The notes: generated by a model not told the origin, from the sequence alone. A stretch of DNA of 61,147 bases from Halocafeteria seosinensis (GCA_001687465.1 LVLI01000306.1:1-61147); one strand, 5' to 3'; shown: positions 1-12,965, counted from the first letter of the stretch. Numbers and translations are program-made.

Positions 1-328
1 TAGCATGATTTGCAGCCTTATTACGGGTCGCTGCAGTGATCGTTATGAAACTTGGTTCGCACTGGTCTGTATGTACTCGCTTTTATTTTATCATGAGTAC
101 ATGCAGTAGCCACAGTGCCCAAGCCCTTTCCTCTCTTTTTTTTTTTTTTTTTTAAAACCCCCGGATGGTTAAGGAAGAAAACCTTTACTCTACGACGCGA
201 ACCTGTCGCCGCCTGCCGGTTGGGTAGATTCCGCTGACAAGTTTTCTGTATCGTTAGTTGTTAACAGGCTATGGGTTTGTGTGTTTGCATCATGCACTCT
301 GTTTCCCTCTGCAATTTGAGTGCACAAA

Positions 329-2949
329 ATGGGGCATAGCTTGATCGTGCCATTCTTTAGCCTCCTACTATGTGTGGCTCATGCGAGCGGGCTTCGCAGT
401 CCCAAGATCGATAACCACTCCAGTTCTGTGTTCTCCGGCTCTACGCGCGTATTGGAGGAGGAAGGCGGGGAGAATGGGGGTGATGATAAGACAGGATGGA
501 TTCCCGAATTCGCACTCCCGCTGGGACTCTTTGGTGCATCGTACTTTTTGCTTATTTTTGGATATGTGGTGAAGAAACTCTGCCTCCAGAGCTGGCACCG
601 TCGCCGTAAGGAGGAACTGATGAAGATGGAGGAAGAGATGATTAAGAAAGCCATGGCAGAAGACGAGAATAAAGCCATCGCCGTGGAGAACGTCTCATTT
701 GGGGTCTCTATGAAAAACATCGAACCGTTCTACATATTCGTATGGCTGGCTGTAGGGGCGTTGGCTGTGGACTTGGTTCTCTGGTACCGCGCGTTCAATG
801 AATGGGAAGGCCCCGGCGCCTCCACGGCTGCGAGTACTGCACTGGGAATGGCCTTTGGAATGTGGTTCCATACCCTCTGTATGCCTCTTGTTGTTCTGGC
901 CAAAGTCTGTGACTGGCGTCCGAGCAGAGTATCCCGGTGCTGCGAGAGCAGACCAAGGAAACCTGTGGACAAAGAGGGAAGACGATTCGTTGTCTTTTCG
1001 ATGGACTTGGACGACTATACACAGGTAAGACAACGTATGTAACATATTGAAAGTGTTGTTCACCGGTCAAGGCAACTTCTACTACGGATCCAGAAATTCT
1101 TTACCTACGTTGGATTCTTATTCATGCTGATTGAAACCGCACTTGATGTCATTTCCAACGTGGTTGATCTTCGAATCTTTTGGTAAGTTTTGGCTCACAA
1201 CAGAAGATTCACCAACGGGTGCTCATGTTGGGTGCGCTCTTGCTGTGTTTACGCAGGATCCCCTCACCGATACTGCGGTATGCGGAAGAGCGTGCGTTGA
1301 TCGAAACTATGAGAATCGACTATCACGCTGTCAAAATGGACATCGATTATGGAGACACATACTTGAGATTTTGTTACGAGAAACTTCTCAATGCGTTGAC
1401 GTTGACTATTTGGCATAAGATGTAGGTGTTCTCCGTCCTCTCTTGCGTTCGCGTAGTGCGACGGAAACTCTCTTTACGCCTGTGCAGCATGGGGACTCAG
1501 TACGATAAGTGGTTGGACCAGCGTATGAGATTTATAGGAAGACCTCCAGGTAAGATTTTTCATTTGAATGAATCACGTTTGCTGCATGAGAACTATCGTG
1601 TGTATGTGCAACGAACGATTCACAGAGCAAGGTATCAATCACTTTTACTATCATCAAGCTGATGCATCCTGCAAAACGAAATCAAAGGCGTACTGCTTAT
1701 ACCCGTGTTGCCCGGTTTGTTCGAGCTATTGGTTGACGAGGGAAACGACGGAGAATATGGTATTGGGTGGAGCCCGTTTGCGTTTCCGTGAATCGTTCAA
1801 TCTGAAGTACTGGTGCGTAACTCATAGCACTTGCACACACACTTTTTCTTCCTGTTGACATTTGCTTTGCTCTGCAGGACCCTGCTATGTATCATGCGGG
1901 GATGCAAGTGCACACAGGGTTGTAAAGACAAATTCAATGAGGATTTGGATAGTCAACTCGTTTTCGACGGCTTCATGTCTGAAGATGAAGTCGCAGACTT
2001 GTTGAACCAACTCAAAGATGAGGCGGATTCCAGAGTGGGTGCGTTCATGAATCCCGTTACCTCAGCTGCGGGTAACATTCGCGATGCATACGGTAATGTA
2101 AAGGGTAGAGCAAAGCAGTGGCTCCCGCTAACAAACAGAACCCACAGAACGGATGATGTAGAATCTACCCAACAAGGGAATGAGGCAGATCCTGAAGGAG
2201 GCAGTGGTCCTGTTAGTGCATTCAACATGGCGAAGACATTTGTCGGTGGAGTCCGTAATAAATTTTCTCCATTCAGCACCCAGCACCATAAAGAAGACAA
2301 TGGCGTCCACGAACAAAGTCAAGGAGAGGCGCTACCATCAACTACAGTTACTCAATCTGATACAAATAGCTCCAACACCGGGAGCGTATACCAAACGAAG
2401 TCGGACCAATCCGGCGATGCAAAGGAAGAATCCCCTACTGAGGGAACGACAACCCATCAAAATCCGTTTGCGACCGCCGTGACAGGACATGAAAAGCAGC
2501 ATGGAGTGTCGGAGAGACGGCACACCTCGAGAGAATCGGTTACGGATGGCCCTCCGGTGCCTCCACCTCGCGGTAGTGAAGATTCAGGCTCAGGAAGTTT
2601 GCAGGATACACGCAGTGCTTCCGCGGAATATACCTCTGCTGCCGCTCAGCAGCACACTGAAGAATCACATCACCACTCTACTGAGACCGTCGAACAATCA
2701 CCTGTTCCACCTCCTCGGGGAACTCACTCTGCAGAGAATTCCGGTGACTACGAACATGTGAACCAACAAACTAGTCCTACTCGCGAGAATGCTACTTCCG
2801 ATGAACCGGACGGTACAACCCACTCTACCAGTTACTTCAGTCAAGCCACTGGGGCTGTTCGAGGGGCTCTAAACAGAGTGGCTCCTGAATCTTCGGAGGA
2901 AAGTGGGCTCTCGCGCTTCACGTCTAGGTTCACAGGTTCACGAAAGTAA
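329..2949 (+). CDS. Multi-pass membrane protein with N-terminal signal peptide, YjgN/DUF898-like repeats and a low-complexity C-terminal tail (6 exons)
   Basis: ORFs 320, 1180, 1426, 1568 and 1831 join in frame through five GT-AG introns (donors near 1025, 1183, 1422, 1551, 1814). Spliced product reads ...DDYTQ|KFFTYVGFLFML...RIFW|IPSPILRY...LLNALTLTIWHKI|MGTQYDKWLDQRMRF...NMVLGGARLRF...YW|TLLCIMRGC. The DUF898 likeness is judged by eye. Confidence 0.6.
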
Positions 2950-3147
2950 CAGTCTTTCGGACAGCAGCCTAGAGGCTCTGATGCAAAACCATATTGCATG
3001 AGGAACAGTTGAAGGCGTATTGCGGTAGCGGACTGGTAGTGCTATCTCCACTATTCATTGTATATTAGAGCCTCATGGGTAACTCGCCGACTACTATGTA
3101 CTCCGTCAATGTCCCAGTTTCACTTTTCAGCCTCACTACAGGCATCT

Positions 3148-3861
3148 TTACAAGTACTTAGTTAACCAGGATAGTCCTGCAACCATGCCACACAGTATAA
3201 AAGAGATTAAGTATCGATGATGGAAACGTCTGGCACATAAGTATCACATACCCTGTTGATATCCTGATCGTTTAGCTACGCTGCACATAAATAGCTCTAT
3301 TGGCCGAACTCCGTCGAGAGCGGTTCCCTCCTTCCCAGTTGTTTGAACAAGTCCTAACTGAGCTCGCATTTCTTCTTCTGGTAATGCCTGGCGGCTATCA
3401 ATTTTATTTCCCAAAATGAGGAAGGGGACAGTTTCCAACGCGGGATGTGAAAGAAGTTCATCGAGCTCCTTCTTCGACTCTGGAATTCTCTCTCTATCCG
3501 CACTATCGACTAAGTATATAACAGCATCCACATCAGCAAAATGGTGCTCCCACACTTTGCGGGCTGCAAATGTATCAGGAAAGCACTAAGGTGAAGTCAT
3601 TTTCGACGACACTATGCTCTTGGGCGTACCTGATTCGTGTCCCCCTAGGTCATGCGCCGTGAACACAATATTGCCTATCTGAAGTTCCTCCTTCCCAGCA
3701 TGAAACGTTGGTTCAAACTGCTGCATTTTATCTGTTTTGAGCACTTGTAATAGTGTTGTTTTACCAGCATTATCCAGCCCCAAAAACAGAATTTTGGCGT
3801 GTTTAGAGTACAAGCCCAAATAGCTCAACACGCTGTAAAACCAGTCCACGATGGCCGACAT
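3148..3861 (-). CDS. SAR1: Small GTPase Sar1 (COPII), 3 exons
   Basis: Motifs [19 protein letters not shown] and [10 protein letters not shown]. Intron 3629-3564 and a second intron starting at 3251. Last exon GLSWLTKYL* ends at 3148. Confidence 0.96.
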
Positions 3862-4526
3862 TGTTTCCTATCGGTAGTATTGTGTTTCTATGTCATATAT
3901 ATGTATCTGCAGGCCACAGTGACACATGAATACCTCCTGTAGGAGCTCAAAGTCAGCATGCGTCAACTTCGAGAAACCACAAAAAGGAAAAACCAAGGGG
4001 ATTCAACAGGGGGCAGAACATGGAAGAAACACGGGAAATGGCCCCTAAACTTCAGCTCTTCATCCCGCGCGGGTCGAAAGTGTCACTTACATTATGGAAC
4101 TGGGCATACTTGATTCCCCCACTTCATACGACATTCGTCTTCCCACGTCGTCTATGGAGCCACCATGTACAGGATGGAAGTCTGGTCGCTCGAGTGCTCC
4201 GGGCCCGGCCAAAAGCCCGGTCAGTTCGGTGGAATTGAATTTTGTACTGCTGATTAATTAATACTTGTAACTCGTGGAAAACTGCCGAATTTGTGTGCCA
4301 TTGCAGGAGACAATGAATAATCCGCACACAGCTGTGCGATGTTCGGTCAACATAAATGACTGTTTTGTAGTGGTGTAGGTTGTTTGCAACTTCGCGCTCC
4401 GCGGAAGTACTGTACAAGAATAGATACCTAGCGTTTTCTATCTCCAAGAAGCGCTTCTATTGGCACAATTGTCCTGCTCGGCATTCATTCTCATTTAGGG
4501 TACACGGACGTCTCCAACTCACGAGA

Positions 4527-7238
4527 ATGTCAGCGCAGAGGCGGCGACAGATGTTGTGGCCAATGGGCCAGATCCTTTGGATTCTATTGGGTATTCTAGT
4601 TATTGCTTGTCACAGTCAAGTTCTCGGCACACATGAAGAGTACGATTTGACCTCCATAGTGGAGGTACGGCGACCTACATCGATACATCAGAACCATATA
4701 TTACCCCAGTTCGGGAGTGTGCAAGGTAGACTCCAATATTTGTCAGAACTGCATGAAGTAAGTATGCCATGACTTCGCTGCGTCCACAATGAGACAGTCC
4801 CACTCTCTGTGCAGCAACATGTTGTGTATTGGCCACATGCTATACACGAGAACATCTCAAGCGAGCTAGTCAAGCCGCAGGATATTGTATCCATATTGGA
4901 GATGCAGTATTATGGCAAGGTGACGGATGGTATCGAGCATGGAAGAGTGCTACAGGGATTTCGTGTAGATTTTTCAGAACTGCTTAACAGACCAAAGCAT
5001 GTCAGAGCTACTCTAAGCGAGCAGTCATCCAACACTGTGCGAGGTCGGGTGATCGAAACATTTCAGGATGACCACAGTTTAATCCTTCATGGCGTGCACA
5101 CGCATCATCGACCAGTAGCAGCGCTTACACAAGCTATATCATCCTCTGTGTATGCACCAGTGGACGCCAACGTTTATATTTCACCCCCCGGAGGAAAAAA
5201 TGCTCTTGACATCCATACGGATGAAACCGACGTAGTAGTGGTACAGGTAAAATTTGCTTGCAATCAAGTTCACAACAGACCGAACTCACATATATGAAGA
5301 ACGACGACGCAGGTTTCTGGAAGGAAAACATGGCATCTTTATCCGGCGCCAATGAAGCTAACTCGCTCTAGCCCGTCGAATCCTAGCCCGCAGACAAGCC
5401 GCGAGTTTAGGAACCAAATTGAGACCGCAAGGAGGCTTTACAAGGAGCAACAAGATATTATGGGAAAAACCACACCAATAATTGAATGCCAAGAATTGGG
5501 GAACTCGTCACTGCTCCCTGTTAAAATTACTCTGTCAGCGGGGGACGCACTGTACATTCCGCGCGGCACTCCGCACGAGGCAGTGAATGCGAGGTCATCT
5601 TCCCCAACAGGAATTCGAACGGTCCATGGTACTCTACACGAAATTTCTAATGAACCGGACGATAACGCGAAGCAAGAAAGCTCTGTTCATTTGACAATGT
5701 CGTTCCTAGCCGGATCACTAAGTTTCAAGCAACTGTTCATTCAGGCCCTTTACTTCTTCGAGGATACTCATGCTCTAAGCCAGGAGGAGCGAGAACATGT
5801 AGCCAAAGTTGTCGAAGATCTCTCATCTGATACCCGGTTTGAAGCAAGTTATCCCAGAACTGTCCCCGTTTCAAATGCATATCATTACAGACACTTCGAC
5901 GATCTAGTTTATCCTCTAGAAGGTATCCATGCGCTCCTAAGGAGTACTGTTATGTATGCAGCTTTTGCACCTCGGACGTATGCACCCGCCCTTTTCCCTT
6001 GCCTAGCCAAAATGGAGATTATCAGCGAGGGGGAAGAAGAGCACCTATCTACTAACTTAACCTGCTCTACTTCGACGGTCGGTGTTGAGACAAGTCTCGA
6101 AGAAATACTGTTCGCATCAGCCAAACAATCGACCGAGGATGTTTTTACGCTTGCAGAGGAGGCTGAGCGCCTACTTCTACAACTACAGAAGGGTCAAATA
6201 AGGAAATATAGAACTCTGGTGCACGGTATAGCGTACCAACTCGAGGTAACCCATAGCGAGGGCCTGGCTAGGAAGTTCAGGCACGCGTTCGGATTGGCAA
6301 CTGATATTGAGGTGTACGACTCTGTGGCTGGCAAAAAGGGGAAAATCCAAGAGCATGAAAAGGATCCACGGTGGCACAAGTGCTTTCGTTGCTTCGCCAG
6401 TGAATCGGCATCTCCAGAAGTCTCAATTTACGAGCTAGCCGTCGGTATTGCGAAGATTTCTCTTTCCCCAAGTATTCCTCAAAGTCGGCCCGACGATGAG
6501 GAGTCGGCTACCACTCAGAGCGCTCCGGATTTTGCTTCCTTGTTTTACGAAGATGGTGAAATTGGTCGTTTTCCGAAGAGCTCTCGACTAAGCGACAGAA
6601 ACCCACTTGATTCGCTAGTTACCTATCCCCAACGCCTCAAAAACTTGGAGGAGAATTCTTTCAGAAGACGCTCAGACACAGGGGCTCTAATTCTACCAGA
6701 GCTAGAAGAAAGTGGGTACGTAACAGTCTCGCTTTTATTTTGTAGCTAGTATGGTCATCTATCTCGATATTGCTCTCATTGTTCCAGCACGCTCTGCGGA
6801 ACGCTACCATACTATGCCCCCCAACTTTCGCGAAGCACGCGGGAATTTACTGCCCGAGGAGATGTCACCTTGCTGTCAACAAATGAGCGGCAGTGCGAGA
6901 GTGATGGTAAAACCAAACGATACCTGCTTCATGTCCCTAGACAAAATCCTCTCGGGCTGACACAAGTACAAGCAGGCATCGCTGAAGCAGCCTTGATCTA
7001 TCCTCCTGGAATCCCCTTTACAGCTCTCACAATATGCACTGACTTCCTACGCGAGTACAGAATACAGCGAGACAGCAGAATGGAATACACCACTGACATG
7101 TTCTATGGTGACGAGGACAAATGCGCCTCAGATCCCTTGGCATCGAAGACTCTGACTGTGATTCAAGCTCTGTTGCAAACGGGGACTATAGGAGTTGATT
7201 CAGGAAATTGGCCTGAACAAGGATCGCGTCGGGTTTAA
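4527..7238 (+). CDS. JmjC/Cupin_4 (ROX/NO66/MINA-like) 2OG-Fe(II) oxygenase with predicted signal peptide, paralog A (4 exons)
   Basis: Motifs ANVYISPP, LDIHTD (HxD), VQ|VSGRKTW and LSAGDALYIPRGTPHEA, plus SVHLT. Hydrophobic N-terminus ILWILLGILVIACHS. Introns near 4758-4814, 5247-5311 and 6716-6787. Confidence 0.85.
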
Positions 7239-7550
7239 TTCTATACCACATCAAGGGCCAACAATAGCACTTCTTAAACCATTTGGAAACACGTATGGAA
7301 GACAGAGGAGGCGGCAACCAGAACCGCAAAACTAAAGCGGTGGCAGAAAATCCTCGATCCGTGAACCCAGAACTTCGGGACTCTATAAGAGAGGGGTACG
7401 TCCAACAGCATATTTATTCATCTCTGGCAAGAAGACAATAGTCAAAGCAAAAGACATGGTCACTGTGATTCAAACTGTGTTGCAAACGGGGACTATAGAA
7501 TTTGGTTCCGGAAACTGGCCTGAACAAAAGAGTCGCGTTAGGTTTAATTT
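7155..7550 (+). repeat. Imperfect direct repeat of about 87 bp (7155-7240 and 7462-7550, the 3' end of JmjC paralog A) flanking an ING-derived insert
   Basis: actgtgattcaagctctgttgcaaacggggactataggag...gtttaatt versus actgtgattcaaactgtgttgcaaacggggactatagaa...gtttaatt. Confidence 0.9.
7248..7462 (+). pseudogene. Diverged genomic fragment of the ING gene (part of exon 2 plus most of intron 2)
   Basis: Colinear with 10948-11162 at a constant offset of 3700. The Gln codon cag has become tag (acaatagcac). ING intron sequence is included. Confidence 0.9.
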
Positions 7551-8737
7551 TAGCACTACCCGATAACTGAGTGTATATCATAACTCTTCCTTTTAGTCAG
7601 GTCCTCACTTGGCGGAATAGAAGTTACATCTAATATCCTGCAAGGCCTCATGGATTGCTGCACAAAAAGCGCGGCATTCCCGTGAGCTTGACATCCCCAA
7701 ATTTTTTTGGGGAGTATCATTCATTCCATGAGTCCCCACTGCAGTGATATAGGCGCATGAAGAGGGCGATTCCACGGTGCATTCAATCCCCGGACCTCAA
7801 CGATGGGCCACAGTCGCAGCTTCAGCTTGGGCAGTAAACGCATCATCCAGGAAGGTCCAGCTCACGGTACGAGGATCAATTTTAGTAAAGCATTTGCTAA
7901 GAGTACGCCATGATCTGAATCATTACATTGTATGAGAACCAACTATTAGCAAATCTAGAATTCAAACAAGAGCTCCTGCACTTCTTCGTGTCTTTTTATC
8001 TTCCTTCGAAAATACCTCAAGTAGCAGCGGCGGATTCTCAATCCGGACATCGAGTGCTGTCAAATATGATTGCAGGGACTTATTGCAATGAACGGCTGCT
8101 TGCACGACTAGCCCCGACCTGAGGACGTGCGAGCGAGGTCCGGAGGTCCGTGTCTGCGTCTTTCAGCCAACAGAGCCAAGGTCGTCGGGAGTTTTTACGT
8201 ACTTGTCCTGTGAATGAATGCAACCATCGATATTACTCGGTAACTCACCATGCACATTCTGGCTAGTAAGGCGCCTGGCTCAGGCTGGCTGGCGACCATT
8301 GTGAAGTTCGGAAATCCCCTTAATCGAAGGACGATGCATGGTCGATTGTTGCAGCAAACCGTGTTCCGCAGGGATTTGAAGGATGGTACATCAATATGGA
8401 TAAAAGCAGTGCTCGTTGTAGAAACAGTCAGGAATGTTCAAACCTGGAAAGATCATTTTGGTTGTTCTTATTGTAAATTGTAACTGGAGAACATCACGCT
8501 CCCTGTCCGGAAACCAGTGGTCGCCTTCGGCGAAGCTGGCAAACATACAGACAGACAGACAATACCAAAAGTAAAGCGGGGTGTGGTTTGCAGGCAGTGG
8601 TGCAACGAGCCATTGGAACGAAATTCGTCTGTGTATGTGATCACCACACAGAAGCGAGTACATGAGACAGTTAATATAATAATTGCTGCATTTCTTGGCA
8701 ATTGGAAATACTACACAGAAAACGCGAAGCCAATACG

Positions 8738-10375
8738 ATGAAAGAACCGGACGAGACTAATGACGGTGATAAGACTCCGCCAAGCACCGTACGAGACGGG
8801 CAAATTGTCGTCGCGGTTTCTGGAATTTGGGCGATGGTAGGAGCTCTCGCTCTAGTTACTTCCTATTTCGCGACGACCAGATGGAAATCGTGGGCACCGG
8901 ATGCTACCAACACTAGCATGCGCGAAAAAGTTAGAGCCCTCGCTCAAGGATTTTTACTCCAGTTGACTTGGCTATCTATCTCCAACTTTCTGGAAGGGTT
9001 ATTCTTTGCACTATCGTTGGGAATCCCACGCGACTTCAGCATCAACACCACATGCATCGTCCAGAGCATAGGTAGAAGTACGTAACTATTGAATACTAAA
9101 GGTGCACAGCACTATTTCAAATTGGATACGTCTCTCCGTGTTGTTCGCACAGCATATTTTCCGATATCGACGGCTTGCTGGTGAGTGAACATGCATAAGT
9201 TACCGAGGAGTGAGAAAACTCTGAAAATTCTATACATAATACATGGAAAACATGCAGGAATTTGGTCCTGGCTTTCGAGTTACATCATGTAAGTTCCACA
9301 GCGTGTACTCATAGCCAAAATCTCTTCGAAGCATTACAAATGTCACTGCGACACTTCGCAGGTTATGAGGTCGTTGGAGTCTATTCGGCGCTTCAATCAT
9401 AACCTTGACGGTAGCTTCCTTTGGCACCGATTTCTTTATTACCATATCATTGGATGGGGGCCTGCCGCTGCTATAACGATTCTATTGTACGCCAAGTTTG
9501 GCAAACTCAATGAAGGTATGACGAAATTGTAGACTGTTCAAGGAGAATATAACCAGTTTATCTTAGAGAGACCTGTTCGCAAAGCAGGTATTTGGTGTTG
9601 GACAGTGGTTCTGAACCATCAAGGAGACCTCCTCGGTGGATATCATGCAATTCCTCAAATAATCACCTGGATAATGGTCGTACTTCTCAATATACATACG
9701 GGGGTAAGCTTCGGTAGATAGTTCTCTGTTGACAATTTGAACGTGCAATGTGGATGATAATTCAGATAATGTTAAAACGAATGATGGAAGAAACGCAAAG
9801 TAACTTTGCGCTTAAAACGCGAAAATTTGTGTTGACCCTTTTGTTATATTCCACGACGTTTATACTCACATGGATAGCCATGCTTTTGCATGAATTACAC
9901 GTGGATTACAGAAAAGGTATGCAGTCCTCCTAAGGTACTAAACACAGACGAGGATTCGCACTGGTTATCTCTCACTATTAATGTTGTGTCAGATAGACTC
10001 ATTTATGGTTCATCTGGAATCCGCTATGTGGCGGCTGCAACCGCTCCGGCTCAAGGCCTCCTGAACTGTTTGGTGTTTTTATCGACGAATTCGAAAGCAC
10101 GGGAGTGGATTTTCTGTGGAAGTAAGAATGATCTCACAGGTTCAAATAAAAACAATGGAGCGTCTATGGCGACAATCAGCGCTGCATACCCCGACGAACC
10201 TACAGGGTCTGGCAATACTTCTCCAAGTCCATGCATACGCTTAAACTCACTAGGACAGCAGGAACCCCTTCTTCCAAAGCCATCATCAGGAGAAGAGAGT
10301 AACACGTTGGATGTAGAGGGGTATTATGCTTCAAGGGGCTCAACGGGTTCCAAAAGAGATGACATTGTCTTGTGA
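8738..10375 (+). CDS. 7-TM GPCR-like protein of the cAMP-receptor/GCR1 type (about 7 exons)
   Basis: Splices through micro-exons 9153-9180 and 9258-9288. Motifs TCIVQ, YFPISTACW, YHIIGWG, GIWCW, LLYSTTFILTW and QGLLNCLVF. Confidence 0.8.
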
Positions 10376-10758
10376 TGCGTTACCTCTCTCCACTAAGTTG
10401 ACACAGAATTGCCATTCATCCGGAGACATGTGTCTACGATTACAAGACTCATGAGGACCCGACCGGTTCTCTGTTTGGCGACAATGCCAAATTGGAACTC
10501 CTGTTCAATTTAAGGAGAAACTGGTGGTATTGTTTATTTTCTCGTTTTCACGTAGTACTCGTCCATGCCTTGTGCATGCCAAAACTTTGCGATTGGGTGT
10601 ACTAACACTGCTTCAGTGTAGGTAGTGTCAAACTGCTTCGAACGAGTTTCAAATATTGCGCACACTGATCCATCTACTAGGCTGTACAAGGTAGTCTTGT
10701 TGGTCTTGTCATTTTTGCTGCATGTGTCACTTTATTCACACAACCATTTTGAAGCGAA

Positions 10759-11830
10759 ATGGCTTCTATTTATGAAGAATTCATCGATGATGTTTCTGTC
10801 TTGCCACCTGAAATCCAACGCCGGATGGAACTCATCAAGCACTTGGATGATGTAAGCATTATCACTTCTCTCTCAGTGTATTTTGACCATTTCATGGTAT
10901 TTTCATTGGTCTTCATCTGGTGCAGAAGTCATTCGGGGAGCTGAATGACATCAAAGACCAACAACAGCAGTTCTTAAACCATTTGGAAACACGCATGAAA
11001 GACAGAGGGGGTGGCAGCCAGAACCGCAAAATTAAAGCGGTGGCAGAGGACCCTCGATCCGTGAACCCAGAACTTTGGGACACTATAAGAGAGGCGGTAT
11101 GTCCAATAGCGTGTTTATGCACCTCTGGCAAGAAGAAAATAGTCAAAGCAAAAGACATGGTCATGTTACAGAGAGCAGAGGCTGACCGAAGTTCCCAAGA
11201 GAAGATCGATGTGGCAAACCAATGTTTGGCACTGATTGACGGATACATGAAAAAGCTAGGTAAGATTCACCTTTTGGGACATACTCCTAGTCTTAGTACG
11301 GTAAGAATTAGCGTAGGGTCGTCTTGCCGTAAGCAGATAGCAATATGGAGAGCATGAGGGAGCAACTACAGCAAAATGGCCAATGGGATGAAGGGGCAAC
11401 GTTGGAGGCTATAGACGAAAGTGAAAGCGAAATGAATTTTGTCGTTGCGGGAAGACAGGCGTCGAATGAGGGCTTCTATAGTGGTGGAGCTCAACAGATG
11501 ACCAGGCAAAGACCTCCTGCGTCGGGAATGGGAGGAGTTACGGCTGTGGTGAACGATACTGCGAGTCAAATGACGTACATCCAGCAACAGCCTGAGACTA
11601 AACTATATTGCCATTGTCAACGAGTTTCACATGGCCGCATGGTTGGTTGCGATAGCGATAACTGCCCCTACGAGTGGTTTCATCTTCCTTGTGTAGGTTT
11701 GAAGGAATCGCCCGCGAGTGAGGTGTGGTTCTGCCCGCAGTGCTTCGCAGAATTGTCCAGAAAGAAAGATCCGGCGCTGAAACAGATGTATGACGGACAT
11801 GGAAAATTTGGTACGGCTGCCTATTGCTGA
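10759..11830 (+). CDS. Inhibitor of growth (ING) family PHD-finger protein, 4 exons
   Basis: N-terminal YEEFIDDVSVLPPEIQRRMELIKHLD and SQEKIDVA. PHD finger LYCHCQRVSHGRMVGCDSDNCPYEWFHLPCVGL...WFCPQC. Confidence 0.93.
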
Positions 11831-11990
11831 AGAGTATTCACAAACGATATGTTCGGCATTCGTCTTCTTTTTCTTGCAGTTACATTGTCTGATGCCGAAT
11901 TCCAACGCTGGGCTCAAGAAGAAGTTGCTCAGCCTGCAGTTTAGGTTTCCTCAAACCAGTTTCCCGATCTATTAGCAAACTGGTGGGCCT

Positions 11991-12965
11991 CTATCTTCGA
12001 ACACTACAGCTACGAGGAAGATATCGAGGGAGTTCTTCCGTGATAGAGGTTTGGTAGCAACCCTCTATACTCAGGAAAGTCAAATTCGGAAGATGGCTGA
12101 AGGCTGCATCACTAATTGTCTCTTGGACGCACCTCCTCATCGATAAAACACTCAAGTTGGTTTGATACGAAAATGCTTTATCAGTAATACTGCGCTGTGT
12201 ACAATCACTGATGGAGAGTGCTGTTAACTGTGTCAAGTGCTGGAACGCTGCATCTGTAATTGTGTTTTGCTGGCAGCCGTCTATGCGTAAACTCTTTAAG
12301 TTGCCCAAATGTCGAAAGGCTTCGTCGGATATTGTCGTTTGCCCGCATCTTGCCATATTCAATACTAATAGACGAGGCAAGTGACTGAAAGCATTGTCTG
12401 TTATAGTTGTTTGGGTACATTCAACCATGTGCAAACTAGTTAGGTTTGATAAGTTCGCGAACGCTGCGTCTGTAATTGTTGTCTGATTGCATCCTTCCAT
12501 GCGTAGTGCTGTGACGGCTCTGAGATGACAGAATGCTTCGTCCGTTATGCTAGATTGATCACATGTGCTTATGTCAATATCAGAAACATTAGATAACGCC
12601 TTGATACCTACATCGGTCAGTCGTTTACACTCGCGAAGCTTGACGGACCAGGCATTCCTTGCTAGATTGCACACTTCGTCGGGAGCTTCTACCCAGCCAT
12701 TGACTTCTACCGTCCCGCGAAAGCGTGTCAAGCGAGAAAATTGTTGCAAATCGTACTTGCTTCGGACGCGTAGGCATAAACGTGGCCATCCGAGTCGGCT
12801 CGCAACCGGAACTGGTTGTCCGCGTTCCACGATTTCCCAGTACTCGAGAGTCTGCGGCAGTCTCGGAGAGAAAATATCGCCTTCAACCAAATAGTATTGG
12901 AGCCAATCGAGATAGATCTGGAGTGGCCTTAACCGATGGCCTTTCTGTGCCTCTGTCAATTCCAT
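11991..12965 (-). CDS. Leucine-rich repeat protein (cysteine-containing LRR, 26-aa period), intronless
   Basis: About 8 repeats of LxxLxMxxCxQxTITDxAFxxL. Start taken at the first ATG (MELTEAQ). Confidence 0.85.
   Translation of the reverse strand: MELTEAQKGHRLRPLQIYLDWLQYYLVEGDIFSPRLPQTLEYWEIVERGQPVPVASRLGWPRLCLRVRSKYDLQQFSRLTRFRGTVEVNGWVEAPDEVCNLARNAWSVKLRECKRLTDVGIKALSNVSDIDISTCDQSSITDEAFCHLRAVTALRMEGCNQTTITDAAFANLSNLTSLHMVECTQTTITDNAFSHLPRLLVLNMARCGQTTISDEAFRHLGNLKSLRIDGCQQNTITDAAFQHLTQLTALSISDCTQRSITDKAFSYQTNLSVLSMRRCVQETISDAAFSHLPNLTFLSIEGCYQTSITEELPRYLPRSCSVRR

Noticed and set aside
136..152. Poly-T run
   Set aside because: Simple homopolymer with no target-site duplication or retroelement body evident.
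7694..7713. Perfect 8-bp hairpin TCCCCAAA-TTTT-TTTGGGGA
   Set aside because: Low-complexity and isolated, with no associated element ends or second copy.
7560..8700. Short ORFs in a 1.1-kb intergenic stretch
   Set aside because: No recognisable motifs and no consistent splice path.
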